DNA of 64,000 bases, taken from positions 1 to 64,000 of the forward strand of contig CAVSHO010000012.1 in the NCBI GenBank assembly GCA_963727825.1, in the 5' to 3' direction. Positions 53,737-64,000 of this stretch are shown here, piece by piece; positions within the stretch are counted from its first letter, which is position 1; the number at the start of each line of letters is the position of its first letter. This DNA is from Ignavibacteriota bacterium. GTDB lineage: Bacteria > Bacteroidota > Ignavibacteria > UBA10030. Both the position numbers and the translations under genes were made by a program. The notes under the pieces are model-generated. The model saw nothing but the letters and a program-made list of their open reading frames with translations, did no database searches and was not told the origin of the DNA.

Positions 53737-56243
53737 TCATAGATTACTTTTTACACATCCGCACAAACGTAAAGAAAGCGAATGATATTTTCCTTCAGCA
53801 ATTGAATCTGCCGGATTAATACGAACCAATCGTTTATACATTTCCGCCGCTGATGAATATCGTTGTTTGCTCTCATAGAGAGCGCCCTGCAAAGAAAGCG
53901 CCTGTTGATTGTTAGGATCTAATTGCAAGAGACGATACAATTCCTCGATAGCATCCTCTTGAAGTCCCATCGCTAAATAAATCCGGGCAATAGAAAACTG
54001 GAATGTATGGCGCTGTGCTGCGTTGGATGCTTCGCGATAGGGAATCGCATGAGTGCAACAATGCAGCAAGTCCCCTTACGTATGGATTTGATGAATCAAT
54101 TGCCTGTGCAATATGTACACTTTCGCTAGCAGCAAGAGTATCTCCTAATTGAAGGGAGAATAGTACACGAAAGATGTGTGAAAGCAGCAGATTTGGATTC
54201 ATTCGCAGCGACTGTTGCAGCATAGATATTGCCTGTTTACGGAATCCTAATTGCCAATATTTGCTTGCAACGCCAACAAATCGTTCCGCTTGTTCCAAAG
54301 GTACTGTGGTATCCTTTGCTTGTTGCAATAGTGCGATGATCTCCATATGAAAGGAAGACAGCTGGACAAACGCTCCGGCTTGCGGCATCAATCGAACTTT
54401 TTCGAACTGCATCGATGCAGAATCAAGCTCCATAGCAAACTCTTTTGCAACGGCTAGATGAAACATTCCTTCCGTATACGCGCGATGGTTCACAGTAAGT
54501 CTCTGTATAATATTTTCTGCTTCTCGTGGATTATCTTCCAGAATACAGAGCGCTTTGTGCCATGACATACTTGTTTCCGAATCCGGTGGACTATTTTTTT
54601 TGTCCTCAAATACTTTCTGCTTTTGTTGCATAACTTCATAGATTTCAATATTTGCAAAACGATGAACCTTTTTAAAGGCAAACAGTCTTGACCGAATCAT
54701 TAGACTTTCATATTCATTTAACCCTAAAAAAGAAACAGCTCCGACAATATAATGCACTGGATAATCTCTAAGAAGACGATCAAAAGCGTCTGGGCTTAAT
54801 TGCGGCTCTGCATCAATAATCTTCCGCCCATTGAGCCAGAATGTTAATTCTTTCCATCTGCTTACGACCACGGTTGAAGAATCTGAGTGCTGGACAATCC
54901 ATTCACCAGCAAGGGGAAACGGTTTTGTTAACAGCCATGGATATTCTGAATCGTTTCTGATTTGCTCATAGAACTGCTCCGGTGATTGCCTATAGTGCCG
55001 GCTATTTCTTATGTAATTCATCATCCATATTCCATTTGGAATAAGCATAATTATGATTACGGCTGCACTCAACACATTCCTCATCCGTATATTTTTCTCG
55101 ACAATCCAAATGGATACATTCTTCATACCAGCCGCACAGAAATATATCATCACAAAGAGAAACGGAAAAAGAAACCGGCCGTCATTGATCGGATATAAAA
55201 GAATAAGACCGCTGTAACAAACGAGAAATATGAATAGAAACGTAACAGTTTTAGAATTTCTCATTTGATACTTCACGCCAACTACGCACAGTATTATCGT
55301 CGCAATAACAAGCGCCCATTGAAGAATCGGATATACTGACAAAACAAATGGAACTAACGGATCATAGGCGGAAAGAAACGATACTGCATGCTGCGGATAT
55401 GCGGGAATAAAAATTAAATTACCTATTAATCGCACATACACAGAAATATTATCCTGTAAACGAGCAATAAATTCCGCTATTAGCGATTCTTTACCGGTTG
55501 TATACAAATGCATGAAAAAGAAGTTTGTATTGCGCAAAGAAGGGTTTTCAATGTTTGCAACGATTATTTCATTACGGATATACCACAATAAATACACAGA
55601 AACAGTTGATAAAAAAATGAGCAATGCATAACGATAGTTCTTTTTCCAGAGAAGAAATAAAACCGCTCCGATCATAAGTGTAAAGCCGACTTCACGTAAA
55701 AATACTCCGCAAATAATGACAATAATAAATCCTATCTTCAGCGCAAGAGAAGAATTTTCTTTTTCAAGAAATTTTTCCGCAAAGAAACCATAGAGGACAA
55801 GACAAAAAGCAAATGGCACATCAGAAAGAATTTGCGTTGAATAAATCAGCATGTATGAATTCAGTGCAAGAAATAGTGAACCGAGAAGTGCGTAGCGATC
55901 TCCAATCGTTTTTCTCAGCCACAGATAGAAAAGCAGCAAAACAAAACACCCGATAAGAAGAGTCGTCACTTTTGCCGCATACACACTTTGTGGAAAGAAA
56001 AAAGCTCCCGGAACAAGTAAAAATGGGATACATCGGGGCATGGACAACATAACAAATCGGTTCCGGTGCCGATAAGTCTTGTAGCCCTTCGCCATGAGCC
56101 AGAGAATTGGCCCACACTAAATAGCGCGCGCTATCCGGTGTATAAATAATCATATTGGAAAGAGAACAGATACCAAGAAGGAAAAAGAGTCCACATAAAA
56201 TAGTTATACCAAGATATCTGCGTAATAATAAATTTTGGCTCAT
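53737..56243 (-). CDS. ArnT/PMT-like (GT-C) membrane glycosyltransferase with C-terminal TPR repeats (two frameshifts)
   Basis: TPDSARY...PMYP, QILSDVPF and RFLFP motifs plus a TPR tail, across ORFs 55821..56243, 53912..56095 and 53737..54069. Confidence 0.78.
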
Positions 56244-56276
56244 CTTTTTGCCCTTATGAAGTCATTCACTTGATGT

Positions 56277-57443
56277 CTACTTACCGAAGACTAATTTTAT
56301 TTGCACAACTTCCGGACGACTTCCTGTACGCATTGGCGGTCCCCATGTTCCGACACCGCAAGAAACATAAATATGCGTATTGCCTTTCTGCTTGTAACCC
56401 CAACCGACTTCGTACACTGCGTCAGTAATATAATTAAACGGCCACAATTGCCCGTTGTGGGTATGACCGGATAATTGCAGATCAACACCTTGTTCAACCG
56501 ATTCATTCAAATGCATCGGCTGATGATCCATCAAAATAACAGGAAGATTCTTATTAACAGTCTTCATCAATTCGCTCAAGGGTTTGCGTTTCCCCATACC
56601 GAATTGGCTGATGCTGATATCCTCGCGCCCTACAAGTGTAAAAGCATCTGCAATTTGTGCGACGCTATCTCTCAGCATCACTACGCCATGCTCTGTCAAA
56701 TATTTACACGCCGCCTCGACCCCGCCGATATATTCATGGTTTCCGGTGATTCCATAGATGCCGTACTTTGATTTAATTTGCCGTAAAGTTTCGCCAAGAT
56801 TTTGTCGTATCACAGGGGCGATATCTTCATCAACCAGATCACCGGCGAATAGGACAATATCCGGATTCAATGAATTAATCTTCTCCACGATACGCATAAA
56901 ATGACTATTACAAACGATGGTGCCGAGGTGAACATCAGAGACCATTGCAATGTTCAATTCCTTTAACGGAGATTCTTTATGAATCGTCAACTCCAATGTT
57001 TTAATTTGCGGCGACATTTGATTTAAACGTGCACCAATAATGGTCAACAGCACAATACCCACTACAGCTGATGCAATGATTTGTTTGGCGTACTGATAAT
57101 TCTGAGTGATAATAGCCGGAAAGAACGGCACAAAATAGTTTGCAAGTCTTAGAATATCGATCACTAAAAGAATAATAACAAAATACGCCATTGCTCCGAG
57201 CCAGAATGAACCAATCCACACAAGTCCATCAGTAAGCCACGAGATCGAAATACGTTCTAATAGCCGCGCGATAAAGTATGAAAGCGCAAGAGACCAAAAC
57301 ACTACGGTGAACCATTGCCTCAACGATGAAGCAGATGGTATTGCCTGCAAACCACGGAGATAGATATACGTGTTGATTAGTCCATAAAGGACAATAACGA
57401 TGGAAAAGAAAATAATAAATGCATGCGTGCGAGTCATATTCAT
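56277..57443 (-). CDS. Membrane-anchored metallophosphoesterase (YkuE-like)
   Basis: SDVHLG, GDLVD, GNHE and SGHTHNGQ. Confidence 0.92.
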   Translation of the reverse strand: MNMTRTHAFIIFFSIVIVLYGLINTYIYLRGLQAIPSASSLRQWFTVVFWSLALSYFIARLLERISISWLTDGLVWIGSFWLGAMAYFVIILLVIDILRLANYFVPFFPAIITQNYQYAKQIIASAVVGIVLLTIIGARLNQMSPQIKTLELTIHKESPLKELNIAMVSDVHLGTIVCNSHFMRIVEKINSLNPDIVLFAGDLVDEDIAPVIRQNLGETLRQIKSKYGIYGITGNHEYIGGVEAACKYLTEHGVVMLRDSVAQIADAFTLVGREDISISQFGMGKRKPLSELMKTVNKNLPVILMDHQPMHLNESVEQGVDLQLSGHTHNGQLWPFNYITDAVYEVGWGYKQKGNTHIYVSCGVGTWGPPMRTGSRPEVVQIKLVFGK

Positions 57444-57589
57444 TCCTAAATATTAGCATGTAGAATAGAACAATAGAATTGAAAATTCAAGCGATATTAT
57501 TCCTCTATACTCATTTACAGTTTGATTCTTGATTCTATAATTCATAGAATATAGAAGATGAGATAAGAGTATCGGAAAGGAAAACGGAC

Positions 57590-58024
57590 GTGGAAGCATT
57601 TATGAAGACAGCTATTGAAGAAGCCAGACTTAGTTTGCAAGAAGGCGGTATTCCCATTGGTTCTGTACTAGTACGTGATGACAAGATAATCGGGCGTGGG
57701 CATAACCGCCGTATTCAGAATGGCGATCCGCTCGCTCATGCAGAAATCGAATGCATCCGGAATGCCGGACGCATAGGTTCGTATTCCAATACAATTCTCC
57801 TCTCGACTCTCATGCCATGCTATCTTTGTTCCGGTGCAATTGTGCAGTTCGGGATAGAAAAAATAATAGTCGGTGAATCTCGGACATTCAAGGGAGATAT
57901 AGAATTTCTTAAAGACCACTGGGTTACAGTGGAAGATTGGGATATGGACGAATGTTTTGAATTAATGGAAGGGTTTATTAAAAAGAATCCAACTCTCTGG
58001 AATGAAGATATCGGGAAACTATAA
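57590..58024 (+). CDS. Cytosine/nucleoside deaminase (CDA fold)
   Basis: EGGIPIG, HAE, PCYLC and WNEDIG. Confidence 0.85.
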   Translation: MEAFMKTAIEEARLSLQEGGIPIGSVLVRDDKIIGRGHNRRIQNGDPLAHAEIECIRNAGRIGSYSNTILLSTLMPCYLCSGAIVQFGIEKIIVGESRTFKGDIEFLKDHWVTVEDWDMDECFELMEGFIKKNPTLWNEDIGKL

Positions 58025-58040
58025 CAGCGAGCATTTAACA

Positions 58041-58538
58041 ATGAGCAACGAGCTAAAAACGACAAACGATGAACGGCAACAATTTATGCGTGAAGCAATT
58101 CGGCTTTCGATTGAGAATGTTCGATCAGGTAAAGGAGGGCCTTTCGCTGCTGTAGTGGTCAAAGACGGAACAATCATCGCGCGAGGCACGAACATCGTCA
58201 CCTCTGCTATCGATCCAACAGCACATGCCGAAGTTATTGCAATCCGCGAGGCGTGTAAAACGCTTGGTAAATTTCAGTTGAATGGATGCGAAATCTATAC
58301 TTCCTGCGAACCCTGCCCAATGTGTCTTGGAGCTATTTATTGGGCTCGACTGGAACGGGTTTTCTACGGCAATACGAAACAAGATGCAGCAGAAATAGGA
58401 TTTGACGATTCGTTTATCTACGAGGAACTTCCTAAAAAGATCAGCAACCGGAGTATCCCAATGGTGCAGGTAATGCATGAAGAAGCACTTGCTGCCTTTA
58501 ATGAGTGGAAAGAAAAACCGGATAAGATTGAGTATTGA
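58041..58538 (+). CDS. guaD: Guanine deaminase (CDA fold)
   Basis: GGPFAA, DPTAHAE, CEPCPMC, GFDD and a terminal Tyr. Confidence 0.88.
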   Translation: MSNELKTTNDERQQFMREAIRLSIENVRSGKGGPFAAVVVKDGTIIARGTNIVTSAIDPTAHAEVIAIREACKTLGKFQLNGCEIYTSCEPCPMCLGAIYWARLERVFYGNTKQDAAEIGFDDSFIYEELPKKISNRSIPMVQVMHEEALAAFNEWKEKPDKIEY

Positions 58539-58604
58539 TATTTCTCCGCTAATATTTCAGCGTACAAGTTAGAAGTGTATTTACCTAATAAATTCTCTTT
58601 TCAC

Positions 58605-61600
58605 TTATGCTTTTTGATCTAATATTTGCCGAATTATCCGTAATACGTCATTCGGCTCATACGGTTTCTGAATAAAACCCTTAGCTCCATCTTTCAAGAG
58701 TTCCGATTTTATATCCGGTTCAAAATATCCACTGGCAAATATTACTTTCACGCTTGGATTAACCTCTTTAAGTTTTTTAAATTCATCTGATCCTGTCAGC
58801 ACCGGAAGCCCCAAGTCAGTAATGACAAGTGCAATCTCTTGCATATGAGATTGATATATATTAACTGCTTCAAGGCCATCACGCGCGCATAGCACATTGT
58901 ACCCTTTGGATTCGAGTAAGAAATTCACCATTTGAATAAGCATCTCTTCATCTTCAACGAACAGAATTGTCTCTGTACCGCCGACTTCGAATGATTCGAT
59001 TGAATGTTGAGAATCGATCGCTTGTCTATTGGAAGCTATGACAGGAAAAAAGACCTGAAAGGTCGTACCGCGACCCGGTTCACTCTTTAAATCTATAAAG
59101 CCATGGTGTGCTTGTATAACACCATAGACAACGGACAAACCGAGCCCTGTTCCTTTTCCCTTTTCCTTGGTTGTGAAGAACGGATCAAATACCCTAGCGC
59201 ATGTTGCCTTGTCCATTCCTTTACCCGTATCGGTTACAGTCAAACATACGTATGCTTCCTCATTTGCAGAGGGGAACTGCTGAGTAATCTGTTCTCTTGT
59301 ATGTTTCCCTGCCGCGATAGAGATTGATCCGCCATCCGGCATGGCATCCCTTGCATTAACGCAAAGATTCAATAATGCTTGATGGATTTGTGTACGATCT
59401 GCAAAGATAAGCGGAAGACTATCTGCAATGTTCTCTGAGAATATGATAGTCTTAGGAAAGGTTTGATCCAACATTGAAAGAAGTTCGTGTATCAATTCAG
59501 AAATATTCGTCGGTTCAAATACGATATCAGTTTTCCGCGCAAACGTGAGAATCTGGCGAACAAGTGCAGCTCCTCGTTGTACCGCCTGATTGATGGCGGT
59601 AATACTTGTCGCAAATTTATCCGGACTCAACTGACTCTTATTGAGAAGAGAAGAGTAAGCCAAGATGATGCCGAGTATATTGTTAAAGTCGTGTGCAATA
59701 CCGCCGGCAAGCGTACCAATGCTCTGTATTTTCTGTGTTTGAAGAAGCTGGCTCTGCAGCTTTTTTTGTTCAGAAATGTCGCGCACAACAATCTGCATAG
59801 CGCGTTTTTCCTTGTAGATAATCGGCAATGCGGCAACTTCTACCTCGATAACAGATCCATCCACCCGCATGAATTTTTGTTCTGTTAATGGAAGCGCATA
59901 TTCTTCCTTCACCACTGCAATGATTTGCTGATGAATAGAGTCTCGATAATCCGGATGAATGATATCCAAGAATGGTTTACCGACTAATTCCGATGCGCTA
60001 TTTGCGCCAAGGAGCGTAATGGCAGCAGGATTAACATACACGATTTTCCCTTCGCTATGCACCGCAATGGCATCCGGAGAAAATTCCACAAGGCGCCTAT
60101 AGCGTTCTTCGCTTTCTTTCAGTTCAATTTCTGCTTTTTTGCGTTCGGTAATGTCTTTGGAAATACCAAAAGTGCCAATAATCTCTCCTTCTCTATCCCG
60201 CAAAGGCATCTTCGTGGTAGTTACCCACGTCTCGCTTCCATCAGGCCACGTTTCCTTCTCTTCGAATCCTATCAATGGTTTGCCTATTTTTATAATCTTC
60301 TGTTCATCTTTAAAGGCCAGTTGAGCATGTTGTTCAGTGAAAAAGTCGAAATCCGTTTTACCCATAGCCTCTGCTGGGTCGCTTAATCCAAATCTCGCAG
60401 CAAGAGACTTATTCATTCTTATAAAACGGCTCTCTTTGTCTTTGAAATAAATATAGTCGGGAACATTGTCCATCAATATATTCATCAGAAATTGTTCTTT
60501 TGCCAGCGTCTCTTCCGCTCGCTTGCGCTCAGTGATATCAGTATTGAAGCCATGCCATATTATACTACCATCATTTAGCTTCTCCGGCATTGATTGCCCA
60601 TACATCCATCTGATTGGACCATCGGGTATCTGTACCCTATATTCGCATTGAAAAAGAGTTAGATGTTCAGCTGACCTTTTTATGGAATTGATTACATTAC
60701 TTAAATCCTCGGGTAATATAACCTTCGCTATAGGAGAAAAATCATCGCGCACATCTTGCGGTGAACATCCAAAAACATCTCGGATACCTTCACTGGTTAA
60801 TGGCACACAAAAGGTTCCATCGGGCTTTTGCATAAATTGATAAATCATTCCTGGTACTTGAGCAGCGAGTTTTTCAAATTGAATATCGCGTGCCCGCAGT
60901 GCTTCTTCAGCCTTCTTGCGCTCAGTGATGTCGCGCGCGACACCTACCATTGCAATAGGAGCACCAGAATTGTTTTTGACAACGGAAGTCCATAATTCAA
61001 CTGTGAACTCAGTGCCGTTCTTACGCCTATTACGAATTTCTCCATGCCAGCCATTTTTCATTGTTCCTGATTGAATAGCATCACTCTCTTTAGAAGATAC
61101 AATTGACGACCGAACAATTGAAATATTTTTCCCAAGCAACTCAGCTTCAGAATATCCATAAGTTGTAATGAAAGAATCATTAACAAATAGAATATTGTTT
61201 TCAAGATCAGTGATAGAAATGCAGTCCTTTATCGATTTAACTGCTTGTGCCAATAGTTGACTTTCTTCCTCTACTTTTTTATGTTTTCGCCACAATTGAG
61301 CTTCCGCAAGTTCACGCTTCACAAGCGGAACAAACGGAAAAGTTTGTCTTTCATCAGATAGTCGCTGTGCACCAGCTTTCATAAGTTCCGCTGCAGTTTC
61401 TTCTCCAATGCTACCGGATACAACTATGAAAGGAATGTCAAGCTTGGTCTTTTGCAGGATTGCAAGAGCAGCAGGTGCATTAAACCCGGGCAATTTATAA
61501 TCTGAAATGACAATATCCCACGTTTGCTTTTCCAGCGCCGCTTCCATGTCTTTTGCAGTTTCAACTCGTTCGTAGTGAATTGAATATTCCGATTTCTCCA

Positions 61601-61691
61601 ATTGTCTTAGAACAAGTTCAGCATCGATTTTTGAGTCCTCAACAATTAGAACCCGCAGCAATATTTTCATATCAACTTTTCGCTTCTTCAT
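58605..61691 (-). CDS. Hybrid sensor histidine kinase (REC, four PAS, HisKA, HATPase, REC)
   Basis: VEDS, DITERK repeats, AHDFNN, GTGLGL and a C-terminal REC domain. Confidence 0.93.
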   Translation of the reverse strand: MKKRKVDMKILLRVLIVEDSKIDAELVLRQLEKSEYSIHYERVETAKDMEAALEKQTWDIVISDYKLPGFNAPAALAILQKTKLDIPFIVVSGSIGEETAAELMKAGAQRLSDERQTFPFVPLVKRELAEAQLWRKHKKVEEESQLLAQAVKSIKDCISITDLENNILFVNDSFITTYGYSEAELLGKNISIVRSSIVSSKESDAIQSGTMKNGWHGEIRNRRKNGTEFTVELWTSVVKNNSGAPIAMVGVARDITERKKAEEALRARDIQFEKLAAQVPGMIYQFMQKPDGTFCVPLTSEGIRDVFGCSPQDVRDDFSPIAKVILPEDLSNVINSIKRSAEHLTLFQCEYRVQIPDGPIRWMYGQSMPEKLNDGSIIWHGFNTDITERKRAEETLAKEQFLMNILMDNVPDYIYFKDKESRFIRMNKSLAARFGLSDPAEAMGKTDFDFFTEQHAQLAFKDEQKIIKIGKPLIGFEEKETWPDGSETWVTTTKMPLRDREGEIIGTFGISKDITERKKAEIELKESEERYRRLVEFSPDAIAVHSEGKIVYVNPAAITLLGANSASELVGKPFLDIIHPDYRDSIHQQIIAVVKEEYALPLTEQKFMRVDGSVIEVEVAALPIIYKEKRAMQIVVRDISEQKKLQSQLLQTQKIQSIGTLAGGIAHDFNNILGIILAYSSLLNKSQLSPDKFATSITAINQAVQRGAALVRQILTFARKTDIVFEPTNISELIHELLSMLDQTFPKTIIFSENIADSLPLIFADRTQIHQALLNLCVNARDAMPDGGSISIAAGKHTREQITQQFPSANEEAYVCLTVTDTGKGMDKATCARVFDPFFTTKEKGKGTGLGLSVVYGVIQAHHGFIDLKSEPGRGTTFQVFFPVIASNRQAIDSQHSIESFEVGGTETILFVEDEEMLIQMVNFLLESKGYNVLCARDGLEAVNIYQSHMQEIALVITDLGLPVLTGSDEFKKLKEVNPSVKVIFASGYFEPDIKSELLKDGAKGFIQKPYEPNDVLRIIRQILDQKA

Positions 61692-61770
61692 ATAATTTTA
61701 GATCTAAAGGATTCCCTTACCATAGTTATTTATTCAAAAATTGTAACTGCTAACGCAAATTTAATTAAAT

Positions 61771-61905
61771 AAAATAAACATCCTTGCAGTCCCGCATAGC
61801 GGGACGAGGTATTTTGTCACTCCCGCGTACGCGGGAGTCTAACGTTCTGGATTCCTCCCGACTTTGTCGGGACGGGAATGACGCCGCAAGCGGCGGGGTA
61901 TTAAA
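61771..61905. repeat. Composite palindromic element, same outer family as 3039-3173 (inverted), with a different inner REP doublet and two hairpin inserts
   Basis: ATAAACATCC...GAGGTATT[TGTCACTCCCGCGTACGCGGGAGTC...CTGGATTCC..CGGGAATGA]CGCCGCAAGCGGCGGGGTATTAAA. Confidence 0.78.
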
Positions 61906-62022
61906 TCCGAAAAAGAATTAAATTATTTTTTCTCCTTCCCCAAAAGGGAAGGTGACTAATCAGATAAAATAGTTCTGACAATTATCATAAATTATGACGA
62001 CAAATAAATAATATGCATAATA

Positions 62023-63423
62023 TCATTGTTTTTTCTCTTTTTTTTCTGTTTTAGTAGGATTATAGTCAGGATACAATTTGGGAATGCAGTCGGGGCATAC
62101 GCCATGAGTGAAGGTTGCATCTGTATGAGTTTGGATATATCTCTCAACTTGCTGCCAGTAGCCTTCATCGTCTCTTATCTTCTTGCACACTGAGCATATT
62201 GGAAGCAAACCGCCTAACGTCTTGACTTGGGAGAGCGCCTCCTGAAGTTTAACCAATAGTTTTTGTTTGTCTTCTTCTAACCATTTTTGATTTGTTATGT
62301 TGCGCGCAATACCCATAACAGAAGTAATCTGACCTATATCATTACGCAGCGGTACCAACCAAGTACCCAGCCAGATTAATTGATCCATAAATGTCATTTT
62401 GCTTTCAACATACTTAGACATTCCTGTTTCAAAAACATTTTGCATGTCGCGCTGATGTTCGCGCGGCATTTCTGGCGGCAACAATAGCATCCATTTTTTT
62501 CCAATAATCTCTTCCGGCCGTTTGTGTAATAGTGCAACAGCAGATGTATTAACATATTCCACAATATCGTCACGATTGATAATAAAGATCATATCTTGTG
62601 CCGCTTCTGCCAATGTTCGATATCGCTCTTCGCTTGCACGCAATGCCTTCTCTGCCTGTTTGCGCTCTGTGATATCGCGTGCTATGACCTGAACTGCACT
62701 CATTCCTTCGAATGTAATTGGAACGGACGCGACTTCCACATCAACGACTGTTCCATCCGAACGTAAGAATTTTTCCTCTGTTAAAGGTTGTGCGTTACCG
62801 TTTTCCACCGCTCCAATAATCCGTTTACGCACAGACTCTCTATAATCCGGATGAACGACATCGAGGACTGGTTTGCCAATTAGTTCCGACTTGTTGTGTG
62901 CACGGAAAAGCTTGATTGCGGCGGGATTAACATATACAATTCTTCCATTAGCATGCACTGCAACGGTATCAGGGGAAACCTCGACAAGACGCCGATATCG
63001 CTCTTCGCTTTCACTCAATGCTTTTTCTGTTTTTTGATGCTCTCGTCGCACTTGTGCTTCTGCAATTTCACGTTTTACAACTGAAACCAAGCGTTTAAGT
63101 TTGTCTTTCAAGAGATAGTCGCTCGCCCCGGATTTCATAAGTTCCACTGCAGTTTCTTCGCCGATTGCACCAGAAACGACGATAAATGGAATATCCAGAC
63201 CAGTCTTTTGTAAAAGCGTCAGAGCGGCAAATGCATTAAACTGTGGTAATTTGAAATCTGCAATTATAATGTCCCATCTGAGCATTTCTAATGCAGCTTT
63301 CATTTCATCGGCGGTTTCGATTCGCTCGTGATGGATTGTATAGCCTGCCTTCGTTAAATGTTGCAGAACCCAATCGGCATCTATTTTAGAGTCTTCAATA
63401 ATTAAGACATGCAATGTGCTCAT
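62023..63423 (-). CDS. REC-PAS-PAS signalling protein with a C-terminal LPICxxC...HGVCPxC module
   Basis: IIEDS, DYLLKD, two PAS domains and LLPICSVCKKIRDDEGYW. Confidence 0.88.
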   Translation of the reverse strand: MSTLHVLIIEDSKIDADWVLQHLTKAGYTIHHERIETADEMKAALEMLRWDIIIADFKLPQFNAFAALTLLQKTGLDIPFIVVSGAIGEETAVELMKSGASDYLLKDKLKRLVSVVKREIAEAQVRREHQKTEKALSESEERYRRLVEVSPDTVAVHANGRIVYVNPAAIKLFRAHNKSELIGKPVLDVVHPDYRESVRKRIIGAVENGNAQPLTEEKFLRSDGTVVDVEVASVPITFEGMSAVQVIARDITERKQAEKALRASEERYRTLAEAAQDMIFIINRDDIVEYVNTSAVALLHKRPEEIIGKKWMLLLPPEMPREHQRDMQNVFETGMSKYVESKMTFMDQLIWLGTWLVPLRNDIGQITSVMGIARNITNQKWLEEDKQKLLVKLQEALSQVKTLGGLLPICSVCKKIRDDEGYWQQVERYIQTHTDATFTHGVCPDCIPKLYPDYNPTKTEKKEKKQ

Positions 63424-63451
63424 AATATCCCCACTATTGTTTTCTTGACCA

Positions 63452-64000
63452 TCAAAGATATGCTACTCTATTTCTGCCGTTGCGTTGAGCATCATAAAGT
63501 GTTTCTTTGACGGTAATCAACAATTCCTTTTCCGAAAAAGCATTTTTCGGAAAAGCCGCTGCTCCAATGCTAACCGTTGTGCGAATTCCCTGCTGTGTAA
63601 ATTCTGTCTCCTCAATCGCCTTACGCAGCTCTTCAGCGAATGTGATTCCGGCTTCCAGCGAAGCATTCTCGCGTAGAACAATTATCTCGTCAAATCCATA
63701 ACGACTTGCAGCATCCATCGGTCGCAGGCGCGCTTTGACAAGGTTTGCTATTTCTCTAAGCATTTTCTTCGATGCTTCATAACCGTACGTTCCACCAATT
63801 TGCTTATAGTTATCGATATCTAAAATGAAAAGACATATACTTTCATGGCTTTCTTCGGCGCGCGAGATACTCGTACTAAGACGTTCAAGAAAAGGTGCGT
63901 ACTTTTCTAATTCCGTTTCATGATCAATTTTATCTAATCGGAGGTTTTTTTCATATAGATATGATTTATTCAATGCAATGCTTGTTAGATCGGCGAAACT
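63452..64000 (-). CDS. GGDEF-domain protein with a degenerate active site (5' end outside the window)
   Basis: DIDNYK, RYGFDEI, TVSIG and GRNRV. The frame is open to the window edge. Confidence 0.85.
   Translation of the reverse strand, partial: SFADLTSIALNKSYLYEKNLRLDKIDHETELEKYAPFLERLSTSISRAEESHESICLFILDIDNYKQIGGTYGYEASKKMLREIANLVKARLRPMDAASRYGFDEIIVLRENASLEAGITFAEELRKAIEETEFTQQGIRTTVSIGAAAFPKNAFSEKELLITVKETLYDAQRNGRNRVAYL

Overview
Bacterial chromosomal DNA, probably Ignavibacteriota or a related Bacteroidota-Chlorobi lineage (inferred from a T9SS-type C-terminal sorting tail, bshA and the gene set). It holds housekeeping genes (folP, lysA, a suf operon ending in a superoxide dismutase, bshA, pcrA/uvrD, ogt, ftsX, pheA, recR, ybaB), nucleoside/nucleobase salvage genes, many PAS sensor kinases and three tRNA genes. 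Many single-base frameshifts in conserved genes point to long-read consensus errors. The unusual content is mostly non-coding. (1) All three tRNA genes have partial self-copies interrupted by tiny 'tetranucleotide + hairpin' insertions, and two of them have a small GIY-YIG nuclease gene (one intact, one decayed) between the tRNA and a 3' duplicate, with no integrase. (2) The same kind of hairpin micro-insertion occurs in frame in a kinase gene and inside other repeats. (3) A 74-bp REPIN-like hairpin array is visibly the deletion derivative of an adjacent RAYT transposase remnant, alternates with duplicated promoter-RBS modules, and lies upstream of two duplicated sensor kinases. All observations were made by eye, with no database searches.
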